The notes beneath the pieces were generated by a model that worked only from the letters and a program-made list of their open reading frames with translations, had not been told where the DNA came from and searched no databases. Of a stretch of 64,000 nt of DNA, positions 49,527 through 62,162 are shown one piece after another (the stretch's first letter is position 1; each line of letters opens with the position of its first letter). Both the position numbers and the translations under genes were made by a program. The stretch is from Pocillopora damicornis (Eukaryota): the NCBI RefSeq assembly GCF_003704095.1, contig NW_020844815.1, positions 62,001-126,000 of the forward strand, written 5' to 3'.

Positions 49527-52500
49527 TTAAGCGAAAATGGCGTCACTTGTCGGTGTTTGCGCAATTTTTGCAGCTTCCATCGAGATCACATCATGGGCGG
49601 CATTGTTGGCTTCCAGAAAACGGTTTATGTGTTCAATGACTCTCATCATTTCAGACTGTAAAGTTGTAAGTTTATCTCCATTTTTTATACATCTCAGTTC
49701 GAAGTCGGCTATGTCCGCTTTACTTTGTAAGCCACGAAGACGGTAGAAGAATTCTAATGCTTGGCGCATGCGACCTTGTAGAGCAGACAGCTGAAAAGAG
49801 AAAAACAAATGTTATCAGAAAATGGAGCCATGAGGTTTTGTTCAGGACCGAGGAGTGCAACTATATTCTTATCAGAAGCCCATTACTGAGCTCCTGATTC
49901 TGGTACATTCTTCGGTGTTATGGTATTCAAAGTGCTATCTCTGGTAAATTGAGTATTTTTGTGAGTATTTTTAGGGTTACCGCCGGTTCGTAAAAGTTAA
50001 CGAATTGTATACGGTATCATTCAACCTGACGAAAGGTTAATGCACTAAACGTCAGCTTCAGAAACCCTTTACGGAGGTCAATAAACATTATCAACTCAAT
50101 TAATAAACTATATTATCTTGTAATACCCCTTGCCTCCCCCCCCCACCACCACAACCGACGTAGCAGCAAATTTTCTTCAGAAACTTATCCCCTGTATACG
50201 GTATGGCCTCTCTTTTACTCCTCCCCCGACGAAAAATCTAACCTACTTCCTTTGACACGGTTATCATTTGAAATCTGTTCTAATCTTCCCCCATCTTTAA
50301 CCAGCCTTGTTCATTGTTGGTGCATAACTGCCTATCTTTTGTTTTCTGTCTTTTTGAGTCAACATCCTGCGGTACTCTTCAAGTCGTAGTCCATAAAAAA
50401 ACTCGCAAAACATCTTGACGTAAAGATTGCTTAATTACAAAGAAATGATGGTACTTTGAGCAATTGTACTTAAAAGCACCTCTCTGTGATCTTTCAAGCT
50501 GTCTTCATTGTTAACTCTTCTCTCGACAAGCCTCAGCAGAGCAGCTTTGTTATTCAACAAGGTGTTTTGCGACCTTTGGTAAACTATCGCCAGTTTCTTG
50601 TTTTCACTCAGGGCTGTTTTTACTCCTCTCTAGGGAATAAAAAAAAGTTAAAAAGTTTCTTTAAGTCCGATTGGGTAGTCAGGGCTCACTTCTAATACAG
50701 TGACGGACTTAGCTTGTAACCTTCTGTCTTGTTAAGTTTTGACCGTCCACTAGATTTATATTGAAACAAATAAAATTTTCGCTCTGATTAGGGCCTTGCC
50801 CCATCAACTATCACGCGATAGAAACAACGAGCTCATAATCTTATTGTTAACCTTTAACCCCTAAGAGTGACTAACATCTAATTTCTCCTTACAACATCAC
50901 CCCTGAATCAAACATTAAGGTCATGAGAATAAAGGATATGATCATCAACTAAAGAGGCTTTTGATTGTTGAACAAATTCTCCTTGTCAGAACCCTTGGAA
51001 ATGTCTAAGAGTATTTTGGAGGAATTGCACCGCGTTTGCCCCCTATCGAGTTCGCCCCTTCGAGTTCGCCCCTACCTTATGCCGTGTTCGCCCCCACACT
51101 TTTCGAGTTCGATCCCATCAAGTCGAGTTCGCCCCTTGATTGAGTGATATCCAGATGAGTTGATTTGTGACGAAGGCACTAGCAGAATGTGCCAAATGTC
51201 ACGTCGGCGACGACCATTTTGAATTTCGGCAATTGCGTGGAACCTGCTTGGGAACTGGGTTGACGGAATCAACTAAATACTCTGCGTGGTATCTGGGGTT
51301 ACCAGAAATAACTGTATACACTGAACTTGTGATAAAGAGAACCACACGGTTTATCTAACGAACACGAAATGTGTTGATCGTAACAACCAGACTTGAGAAG
51401 ATGCAAACCACGCTTTCATCGCGACAGCATTGCTTAAGTTGTTAGACTTGTACCCGTTTAGCTCTATTTATGAAATTAAGACTGAAGAATTTACCCATCA
51501 ACTTACGAATCAACTCATCTGGATATCACTCAATCAAGGGGCGAACTCGACTTGATGGGGTCGAACTCGAAAAGTTATAAATTATAATACATTGCGTTTC
51601 ACTCAGGTTTTCCCGCCACATGACAAATCTCATTACCTGATTGGTTGTTAACACCTGATCCCTTTCTTCCATATGCTTTTCATGATTATCTTTGCTTCGA
51701 TTGATTCTCTCTACAAGTCAAATCACATGCAAAGTTCTTCACTATATAAATAGCGCTCTGTGCAAGTTTTGCTTGATAGAACAACATGACGTGAATGGTA
51801 GGTAGCACGTTTTGGTTTTTATTCATAAGGTTTTTAGGAACTTCGGAGAACTTGCTTGAGAGATGATTTTGTGACAAATATAATATGCTAGTAAAATCCC
51901 TCGTTCTCATAACAAATAGAGTGAGACTTGTTCCTATCTCGGTAAACCGTGTGCAGGATACTTTCACGATAGTCTTCAGTTCACCCAAAAATGTTAAGAA
52001 ACAGAGAGAGACGCAGATAATTCTCACAACACTGCATGGGTCGCATTTATGTACAAAATACCTTCAAGTTGTTGAAGGGATTTCTTTAAGCCTTGCTCGG
52101 TTTCAAATCCTGTCTCTATTTGAATCTTTAATTCAGTCATTTCCTCGCTAAAAAAAACAACATTTTTGATATTATTTCCAGTGCTTGCAGGGTTTATGTA
52201 CACGAGTAAGAAAGGAAAAAGTTAGGATAGATATACAAGTGGCGCTGCGAAGAGGAAAACTTCAGAGCATGCGCTGATAAAGGTATCAATGTGCGGAGGA
52301 TAAGAGCTCTTTCACCAACGCAACCACAGATTACTTGCGACACTCATTTCGCCATTGCTTAGACTAAGAGCAGTCTCTACTTTTCAGTGAGGTCCGTCGC
52401 GCGAGTCACACAATATAAGCGAAAAAAAAAATGGACGTTGGAGCTTCGCACGGAAATCTGGGAGTGCGATTCGCGCGGTGCGCTTTTATAAAATTTTTTC

Positions 52501-55500
52501 GCCGGTTTTTTTTTACTTGCACGACGGACTAAGCCGAAAAGGAGGGACTGCTTTTAGTCTAACAATTGCTCTGCGAACGTTTAGGTCTTGAGAAAGCGCG
52601 CTTTATGCATGAAAGCCATTAAATAGTTGAGTGAGTGAGATTATGAATGAGTGAATAAAGAAGAAGAAAGAAATCAAACAGTTTACGACAAAGTTACTCA
52701 CTTCAGATCATTTATATTCTCTTGGGTCGTGGCTATGACTTTGTTCATCATTTGCGAGGAAGACTCCATGTCCGCCATTTTCTTCTCCATCATCTCGGAT
52801 TTCCAAGTGATGTGATCTAAACGTTTAGTTAATTCCATGGTTTCTTTCTGCAATAGACCAATCAAATGTGAAGGGAAAGTGTTCTACACATGGATAGCAC
52901 CTCTGAATGAAACCACGCATGTCATGTAACATGAAACACAAAAATTCATCCAATCAAACCTTTAATTCCTCTTCTTTCGGGAGCAGCTCAGAGATTTCAC
53001 CCTGGAATTTCGATTCCATATCGTTGTATTGTTGTTTCACCTTGTCCAAAATCTTGTTAAGTTGCGCGATGGTCTAATACAGTAAAGAAACAAAATGAAA
53101 AAACGGAAGTTGCAGATGAAATTGATGAAAACTTTATCAAAAAATCTTATCTGATCACGAAATGTAAATCTGAGAGAATAAGTCTTTCTATAGCTTACCT
53201 CTTGTCTCTCATTATGAATCTTTTCCAGTTTTGAAACCTGAGGAAATCAATCAATCAAACAATCAAGTCAAGCAGTCGGCAAGTCTGTCTGTCGTCGGTC
53301 CATAAATCAATCACTGGTCATTTCATTAGTTACAAAAACCATCAGTCACTTAGCCTGTCAATTCCTCGAGTTTCGAATGAAGGAGTTAAGTTTCTATTAA
53401 TACTGCGGTGCTGTGTCGGTGAGGGCATTACAACATAATGTGATTTTATCAACAAAGGTAATAGCGTTAATTGGAAAGTGTAGAGAGTTTCTAAAGCTGG
53501 CGGTGTTTCGAGCGTTAGCCCTTCGTCATGCAGTATGAATCGATCAGTGGGCCAGTCAGTGAGTCAGTCGGTTATTTCTTTTCATCTGCTCAAAGAACAT
53601 AGGCATTCCATAATATTTCAAGGTTAAAACACACAAAAAAAACTACCAACCTGGTCTTTTACATGATCAACAAGCTTTACCATTTCCTCTGCCCGCTGTG
53701 TAGCCTAAAAGAGGAAAAAATTATCATCTCTCAGTTGCAAGAAATGACAGGTATAAAATATTTTATTTTATGGTATATCTTAAAGAAGATTATTTTAAAG
53801 ATTTCTAAAACAATTTATGACATTAGACAAAACCTACTTTTTCCCGTTTCTTTTTGGAGTCAACGTGTGTCTTGGCAAGGTCCTGTGTGTCTGATGTGAT
53901 CCTTGCCTAGTGGGAAAAGAGAAAGCATACATTAGCCTTCCACTCGTTCAAGTCGTTAATGGTCATAGAGGTAGCTTTGAAAATCGCGCAAAATCGTCCT
54001 TTTACCTTGGGGGCTTTTGAGACGACTAGAATGATTCCGACAACCATAAAGAACAATAAGAGTGGTGTGTTATCTTCACTGACCTGTAGAACAGTCCTAG
54101 CATGAGCTTCGTCCTTAAGTTGTTTCTTGAGCGCATCAGCAGTAGTTTTCAGTGATTCTTCAATACCCATTACTTCTTCTTTCTTTACAACTAGAACTTC
54201 TGAGAGGTTGTCATGAAGAACCTCGACTTTCTTCGTCTCTTCCTTGGAAACCTGAGCAATAGTAATACAATGTTAGTATCGCGTTCAGTAAAAGTAAAAG
54301 TGAAAATCAAGGAAATCAACGGCCCTTGGAAATTTTGGAAAGTCGACCTCCCAGCCTTAAGCGCATCGTAAGACATATGTTCGACTAAGTCATGAAGGTG
54401 CTTCATTCGTCCGCCATGCAGCACACTTCAATCAATTTTTTTACGAAACAAAATAACTTTGTTCTGTTCTAAGATCTCTCCTTAAGTTTTTGGAAATTTA
54501 AGGTCAAGTAATTTGTTTTTTTTTTTCCAAGTGTTGAGTCTGATTTTAAGGAAAAAATAAAGATCGAGGTGCTTAATCAAATCCTTCACACATGCATCAC
54601 TGTCATCGGGTTCATAGTTATTTTTGACATCGTAATTTACAACAACAATTGCAATAATTATTACACAACACTTATCACACAGTTCATCAAGAATTTGCCT
54701 TACATGGAAGTACACCCTCTGTATTTGTAGTCCAAATTCCAATGTAAAACGATTTATAATTTAAAGGTCAACAAAAGCTACACCCAAGATTACTACGTAG
54801 TGATGCACATGCATATACCTCCATCTGCTCTTCAATTTTTTCCATCTCCTGTTGTGCTCTCTTCACAGCCTTTTCATCCGCAATTTTTTGTTTCGCACTG
54901 TCAGGAAAAAACAAGAGATCACCACTTGAGAGAAACTTACTTTGATCGACGCCTTTTTGGACTTGAAAACCTAATTGAGTAACTGACGCGCAGCCTATCT
55001 AAGTTATACACAGCCATTTTCCTCTCTAGTCGTTTACAATACAGCGTGAAGAATACGCATTATCTTGAGCGTTTTTCTGAGGAGCGGGGGAAAGCACAAG
55101 ACACACACGAACAGCAAGGTCAAGCGGGACGGTGAATCATTTTTCCGCGCTCCGGAATAAAAATTTTTCTTTAAGCAACGCATTGTATAGAATCTTTATA
55201 TGCTAATTAGAAAACTCCTTTAAAAAGCCCATTCATTACACACCATTGTTCCAGCTTCATGTTCAGCTTGCTATTTTCAGCTTTGCTTTCTTTGATTCTT
55301 CTGGTTAAGTCCTTAAGTTTCTTGGAAGCATTCTTGATTTCAAGCTCCAACTTGCTGTTTTCGCTTTCCATAGACGCTTGCTTAAAGAGACACAAAAATA
55401 CCAGAAATAAGTAAGGGTGTCAAAAATTGCAAAACTTCCAAGATACAAATGGCTTTCAGTTGTTATCAAAAGAGCTGTAATATGCGCATTCATAATATTT

Positions 55501-58500
55501 CGGATTCGTTGGAATGAAAGGAAACTTAGAATTTGCGCATAGAAGCTTTCAAATTGTTCTTCGCTTAGAGTTAGATTCTCTACATCCTCAATCATTCTTG
55601 CTATCTACGGCTTTTTGCTATCTATTCGAAAAAAAGCGTATTCTGGAAAACGATAATTTCTGTTATTCCACCAAGGTATGTTAAAGAAGCTTCCAAGTTA
55701 CAAATAAAATAACCTAAAATATCTGACGGGAATCTAAGACTCTTCATAGTCTGCATCTCGTCATAAGCGTCTGCTTTGAACAGTGCATTGAAATTTTAAG
55801 TGGAATCCATATATTGATTGCTCATTCTCCAACATATCGCAGTGAAAGTCTCAGCTGTCAACAACAAGTTCACTTACTGTTATCTGCTTCTCCGTCTTCA
55901 GCTTGTTGTTCTCATCTACAAGCTTTATATGTTCTGCTTCTTGTTCTACAATTTTCTCTCGAATTCTTTGCACCTAAAAAAAATGAACAACTCTTTTACT
56001 TTCTGCTGAAGGAGTAAAGTGTAGAATGGTATACGTGCTAAAAGACCCATGTTGTCACACAGTTGGCGTGTAACCCTCTATTCATAGTATGAAGCTAACA
56101 TGAGTGTCACTATACTCTCCCAAGCGAAAAAGCAATCTGTTACCAATTTCCCCTCAGTATTTTGCCAGGTGTCTCTAAAAAGTTTGCCAGTTCCCATTTG
56201 GCTCCATTTATACTCGCGAGTGCAGAGAGGTACACATGTTTATGTTATGTTGCATCTCCCACAGAGACGACAGGTGAGAAATTAGTTACAAAAAGTCGGA
56301 TTACAAGTGAAACAGATTTATCACGGATGTGGTTATAACCTTATCTTGCTGAGTTGCTTCTAAGGCCTTGATTCTTTCCTCTCTTCTTTCTGAAAAACAA
56401 AGCATACAACTTGCTGTTGATATACAATTTGAAAATGAAGTGACCAATGCAATGGAGAAAGCACTGAGTCAAATGGCTAAAGTCAAGAAAATTCAATAGG
56501 ACTGAAGTAACAGAATAAGCTGGTTGAATTGTGCCCATATTTTTGAGCTTCGAATAGTTTGATCAGATTTGATCATTATAAAGCACTGCATTCCAAAGGA
56601 ACTGGATTTTCAAATACATGTAGTTGTTTGATAGGACAAAAAGCACTGTAGAGATGAGAGTAAATCAAAAGGAGTCTGGATAGCTAAGGGGGGTGAAGAT
56701 GGAAATGGATTCCAAATGATACACTAAAATAATTTATGCTGATTCACTTTTCAGGGTGGACAGAACATGACATACAGTAGCTCCTCTGGCCACATAACTT
56801 TAACTACTCAACTCTTGCATTTAAAGCAATAATTCTTGTTTTAAAAAATTTACACACACTTGTATTACAAAAACTCACCCAGCACTACAAGCTGTTCTGC
56901 ATTTTCTGTGAGAGTGTTTCTGATGTCATTCATAGTATGTGTGTTAGACGTATAGTACATCCTTAATTGTGCCAGTTCATCGCTATTTGGTTAAAAAAAT
57001 ATATATTTATTGTTGTAATAATTTTCAGGGGTTGTTCATGGGCTATTCTCTAGCAGTGCATAACTGGGTGTGAGATACTGCACCCCATTAATTTAACCAC
57101 AAATGAAAATGATAGGGACTTTCAACTTACATGGGACACAAGGAAGTGATTAATATTAACCGAATAATTTTAGGGCAGAATCCAACGATACAAGTCATCT
57201 TTTTCAAATGCTTGTAAAGCTAACTTAAGGCAGAGGATCAAATATCATATGTTGCAGTCATCACTATTTACTTTGTCACTACCATTCCATGCAAAAGTGA
57301 CACAGAATCACTCATACACATACGATTGTCAATATTTTTATCAAAAATTTATTTACTTTCATGTGTATGCAGAGAACATGATTTCATTGAGTTTTAATAT
57401 TTTGGCCAATTTGGCCTCACTCATCCCTTTTTACTCTCCAGGTACTGTACAATTACACTTAATGTATTAAATTTTAATAGTCAATTTGTAATGCTGAAAA
57501 AATCAATAGCTTGTGAAACTAGCAGTCTTGTGGACCCAAATTGACATAAAGCCAAAAGAGTAAAAAGAACAAGCAGTGAGCTGTTTCAATTTTCATTTCT
57601 TTGCTCCCCTCAAAGCACAGTGACAGTCCAAGCACTAAAAAATCCTTAACAACTGCCAGCTTACAGGCTGGACAAGCAGAGGGAGAAAATCCATAACTAG
57701 TTCCAGAATGGGTTATTTAAAATGTTTAGTAAAACATTTAAATACCTGACAGCATTGAGTTCATTGCGTACAACATCAACCTCCTGTTTTATTAGAGCCC
57801 TTTCTTGGGTAGCTTTTCCTTGAGCTTCTGCTGTTTTTCTTTCTGTAGCCTCTAGTCTATCAAGAGTATTACTTAATTCTTCATCTGTTTCATCTTGTTT
57901 AAGTTGTATGCTTGACATTGCTTCACCTTCTAGATCAAGTTTCTCTTCAACCAAAGGACTGAAAATGTAAATTCATTAATTTTATTCATTAGATCAAACC
58001 TTAATCAAAACATTAATTTAATCTTACAAGGACAATATAATAAACTGTCCCAAATATATCCAACCATGACAATATTTAGGATTTAAAAAAGTGAGTAGAT
58101 TTGAGAGACAAAAGAACTTTGCATGTAGTTTTCAGGTGGTAACTTGTAAAATTTACTACCTGTATTGCCTCTTATTACCTCCAAAAAAATTGTTTGGAAT
58201 CCTCAATAATTCAACAGGTAAACAGACTGCTCTTCCCTTTTGAAATTTTGTTCTACTTGTTGTACTTGAAGTAAGGGAGAGCACCATGTATTTAGCATCT
58301 ACATCAGAAAACATGCTATCACCTAGTAAAAAAATTATAATTCTATTATTTTGTTCAAGTTTTAAGACTGTTGTTCATTAAGGAAGTGTGCAAGGAATTC
58401 CCAGAGGAGATGTCACTGTACACAACTGACAAATGAAACAAATGTGATGAACCCTGTTAACTCACCAGTGTTTCTGTATGTTGCTCAGATCTTGCAAAAC

Positions 58501-61500
58501 CTTTGTATGTCTAACTTCTACAGAAGGAAATAAAAGCAACATGGAATTTGATTATCTTGCTAATATAAGTAATTTATGGAGTAACATCTATTAAACAACC
58601 TAATCAAAATTAATTGAGTGGTTGGACAGTGTCCTGTGACTTAAAAGCAGTAAAATTCAGTGTTATCTCAGCATTACACATGTATAAACTAAGAAAGGAT
58701 TATTAAATTGACTAAATCAAAATCACACCTGCATGATGCACCCTTTCCTTGATCCTGGCTTCAATTCTGCCTTGATAAGCACAATGCCATCTTAACTCAT
58801 TTATATCAATAGCACAGGCTTCATGCTCTATAAAGAAGAGAGAAACTAAGTGAACCTCATTCTGTCTTGAGCATTGTACAAAAAACAAATATGAGTCAGA
58901 AAAAGACATCCACAGCAAACCTGTGTTAGGTTATGAGGAATACCAGTAAGAGTTAATGCAACAATATGTTTCAAAGTAAAGTATCTTTGGTATGTTAAGC
59001 ATGCTCATTTGGTGAATTTAGAAATATCTTAAATGCTCATGAATTCTTTTTTGTTTACCCCTTTGCACAGCCAGTGGAAGATCATGCATGCGCTTGTAGG
59101 CCTGAGCATCAATCTCATTTCTGAGGAACTGCACTCGTTCTCTTTCTTTAACCAAGCCATCTTGAGTTGAAAGTCTGTCACTTTCCATTCTCCCTAGTAA
59201 TGTTATGACCTCTTCAATGAGATCATATTCCTTAGGAACAATCTCACCAGCAGCAGACTTTGGAGTTGACACCTTACTCATCACTGTTCCAGCACTTCTT
59301 CCTCTTACCTGTAGAACAAAACATTCAGATATATGTAACTTTCTGGCCTGCATTTACAAGAGAGCAGATGATAACAGGCTTTCCACATTAGCACTGTCTA
59401 TAATGACTATGCAGCAAAACAAAAAGATTATTGTGCAGGATATTTTGAATATCCCTTAAAATAAGAACTTTGTAAGGCAAATAGGCCATTTTACAGTTGT
59501 GTACTTAGTTGCCAAGCCTCTGATTTGGAGTCAGGCTGAAGGTGACCTTGTTATGATAGAGACCAGTATATAGTTGGCATGATAACAAAGTAATTTTCAT
59601 TTGAAAAGCAGCAACGTTTGTATCATAACAAGGTCACCCTCAGCTTCGTTCCTGTTCAAAGGCTTGGCAACCAAGCACACTACTGTAAAATGGACTATTC
59701 TTCCTGCCTGCCTTTCAAACTCCACCAACTGCCTAATCATTAGTTCATGTAAATAGATTTTGATATAAAAACGTTGATCCATTCTTGAAATGACAAAATT
59801 AATTAAAATTCTTGGTATCCTAGTGATTACCATGCTTTTACTTCCTTATAAGTTGTATATACATGTATTCCTGACCTCTAAAGTAGCACCACTGGCAGAG
59901 GACTCCAGCCTTGGTTCAACTGATGTCATTTCCTCTTCAATGTTACCAAGGGATGCTGAGCTAAGAAGCCAGCGGATGCGTCTGCCATGGCTACTAGCTG
60001 AGGATAAATGGGTTGAATCTTCAAGAGGACCTTGACTTTCTAATAGTTCCTCTTTATCCTTAGCATCTAAGTCTGGAAACAAAATATAATAAGACATTAG
60101 CTGGAGTTTTGATAAGTCAAGATCAAATGTATCATGACTTGTTTGAAAGGAAAACAATTGTATGATTTTCTGCTGCAATTTCTCAAATCTGAAGGGTTTT
60201 ATAGTATATACATGTAACATAATATAACAATGAGCTGAGGCAAATCCAGAGGTTTTTTAAAAAATTGGGACATTAAACTTTTGTGGTGAGGACAAAACCT
60301 CATGCTATACCACCAACACATTTGACACCTAATCAAAAGAACTTGTGTTAAAAAAGAAAAATACCAAACCAATAAGTGCACAAGGCCTCTGTAGACTCCC
60401 TTTAAACTTGCACATCCAAATTACATGCATGATTCTACTGTAGCCTTATGATAGAGTGGCTGATGTGCACAATTTCTGAAGGAACCTCATGATTTTCTTA
60501 TTCCCTATAGTAGTACTTAGGGCTATGCCTATTTTAATACCATGCCTATTTTAATACAGTCACCTGCTTAAAGCAGTTCTGTATTACCTAATACTACACT
60601 GGATCTTTGCCTGCCATTTTTTCCCTTTTCATCTGGAAGATCAGTCATGTAGAATGCATCAATCAGGTCTTGCAGTTTATGTAGATGGGAAACTGCTTTC
60701 CTAACACATGAAGATGTGCTTTTCACCAGTTCGCAGCTTCTGCGTCGCCATGATCTGTTTCTAAATTGTGGCCATCCCTCTGGGAGTGAAGGAACAATGT
60801 CTGGAGAAGTTTGATTAAAAGTGTATTAATGACATTACACGATAACATTAATCTAAAGTATGAATAATTCATATCATGCAAAATTAGACCCTGGGAACAC
60901 TTTTTATCATATGTATTAATATTCATTATCTGGAACTTGGGCAACATCATATCCTAGATGATAATAATAAAAAAAATTCCTACATTTAGATTTTAAAATA
61001 TAAAGTGTACTGAAAATTTCATGAAACAGGTCCCAGGGGTCATAACCAGGCAAGATATGAGTCAATCAGACCCTTATCAAAGGGTGGATAACACTTTCCA
61101 CTGTATCAGGAGGATAGTGCATAACTTTTGTTACCACCTATGTATCTGCTGGATGGTGGTACGTCCAGGGGATAGTATTACCAGCCCTTTGAACTAATAG
61201 GTCCTGATGAATTTGTTTGCTTAGAGTGCAAACATCTGTTTCAGCTTTTAAAACAGTCCAGGGTGATCTATATCAACTGTGGAGATCACCATTGGAGGTG
61301 TCTGTAGGCTTACATGTACAGTGGAACCTCCATTCACAGGATCTCCAGTGTACATGAAGACAAAATGCCAGTAATGAGAGGTATACCTTCACTGAAGATA
61401 TCAAATACAAAAATAATAGGAGCATTTCTTAGTTTAAACCGGTATTTGTGTCCCTTGAATGATTGTAGCCCTGAGATGAATGAAGGCTGTTAACTATAAA

Positions 61501-61950
61501 GAGAAATGTACCTCTCCCTTCTTCCAATTTGTCCTTGTCGTGAATTTCCACTGCAGCTACCTCATGGTGCGCAAGGACAAGATCTTGTCCACTCTCTTGC
61601 GACACTAAACTTCTTCCATCAAAATAAGGCACAATTGCCAAACCAGAACTTCCACTAATTTCTGATCTTGAGTCCTCGAATAAGGGAACATCCAACTTTG
61701 CCAGCTGTACATCACTCTCGGAATAATGAGTTACAACTTTCCCTTTTAAAGGAACACCTTCCTCCTTTACAGCTAGTTTTGCTTTCAGATCTGTTTCACT
61801 GAACGCCGACCTCTCCAATGGCGACTTTTTGCTTTTACTAAGACTCCAGCTAACATTTTGACCATTTTGTGGTGCAGATGGCATCTCATTATTTCCCGGG
61901 TTTTTTTGTCCATCTATCTCATACTTCCCTACTTTATCTACAGTCGGCAT
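49527..61950 (-). CDS. CCDC178: Coiled-coil domain-containing protein 178; approx. 21 exons
   Basis: Exon peptides RRRSCELVKSTSSCVRKAVSHLHKLQ (~60587-60782), EVITLLGRMESDR...HDLPLAVQR|EHEACAIDINELRWH (59308-58728) and ENKKLAIVYQRSQ...DSLKDHRE|LSALQGRMRQAL (50628-49527) resemble CCDC178 (ELPLAVQKEHEAYLSDVIELQWH). The exons between them encode long coiled coils, and the 3' exon phases were checked. Confidence 0.85.
50847..51025. mobile_element. TTAA-type MITE truncated at its 3' end by the adjacent element
   Basis: TTAACCTTTAACCCCTAAGAGTGAC... matches the 45004 copy up to ~51025; the right TIR is missing. Confidence 0.75.
51026..51574. mobile_element. Foldback/Mutator-like non-autonomous DNA element with 67-bp inverted repeats and a CGAGTTCGCCCC motif array
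   Basis: Inverted repeat 51099-51165 / 51508-51574 with one mismatch. CGAGTTCGCCCC-type motif repeated about 6 times on the left side. Confidence 0.7.
52360..52561. mobile_element. MITE with TAGACT...AGTCTA termini
   Basis: TAGACTAAGAGCAGTC...GTCCGTCG / CGACGGAC...GACTGCTTTTAGTCTA inverted ends; GC-rich interior. Confidence 0.7.
59481..59699. mobile_element. Palindromic MITE with ~80-bp imperfect arms
   Basis: AATAGGCCATTTTACAGTTGTGT...GGTGACCTTGTTATGATA / TATCATAACAAGGTCACC...ACTGTAAAATGGACTATT. Confidence 0.8.
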
Positions 61951-62162
61951 TCCTGTGATCTTCTATGTTAAGTTTGCACACTCTGAGTCCAATTTTAATG
62001 GTGAGATTAACGATGACTTGAAATGGCATACAGAATTGACACGACCGCCATCTTGGGGTGAAATTGACTTTTGATTGCTAGGCGACGGATGAAGCAAACG
62101 GTACAAAAACGAGGCTAACGTGACGTCACGCTGTTATTCCGTGTTTTGAGTTTAAGTTTAAG
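61951..62162. promoter_or_regulatory. Bidirectional promoter of CCDC178 and CIB1 with YY1, RFX X-box and CRE motifs
   Basis: 212 bp between the divergent ATGs. CCGCCATCTTG at 62045-62055 (YY1), ATTGCTAGGCGAC at 62074-62086 (X-box RYYNYY-N-RRNRAC) and palindrome CGTGACGTCACG at 62119-62130 (full CRE). Confidence 0.75.

Noticed and set aside
50245-50390. Possible additional CCDC178 exon
   Set aside because: Stop codons in all three minus-strand frames; the flanking exons join directly in frame.
51026-51140. CRISPR-like array of CGAGTTCGCCCC repeats
   Set aside because: Units are ~12 bp with irregular short spacers, inside a eukaryotic TIR element, and there are no cas genes.
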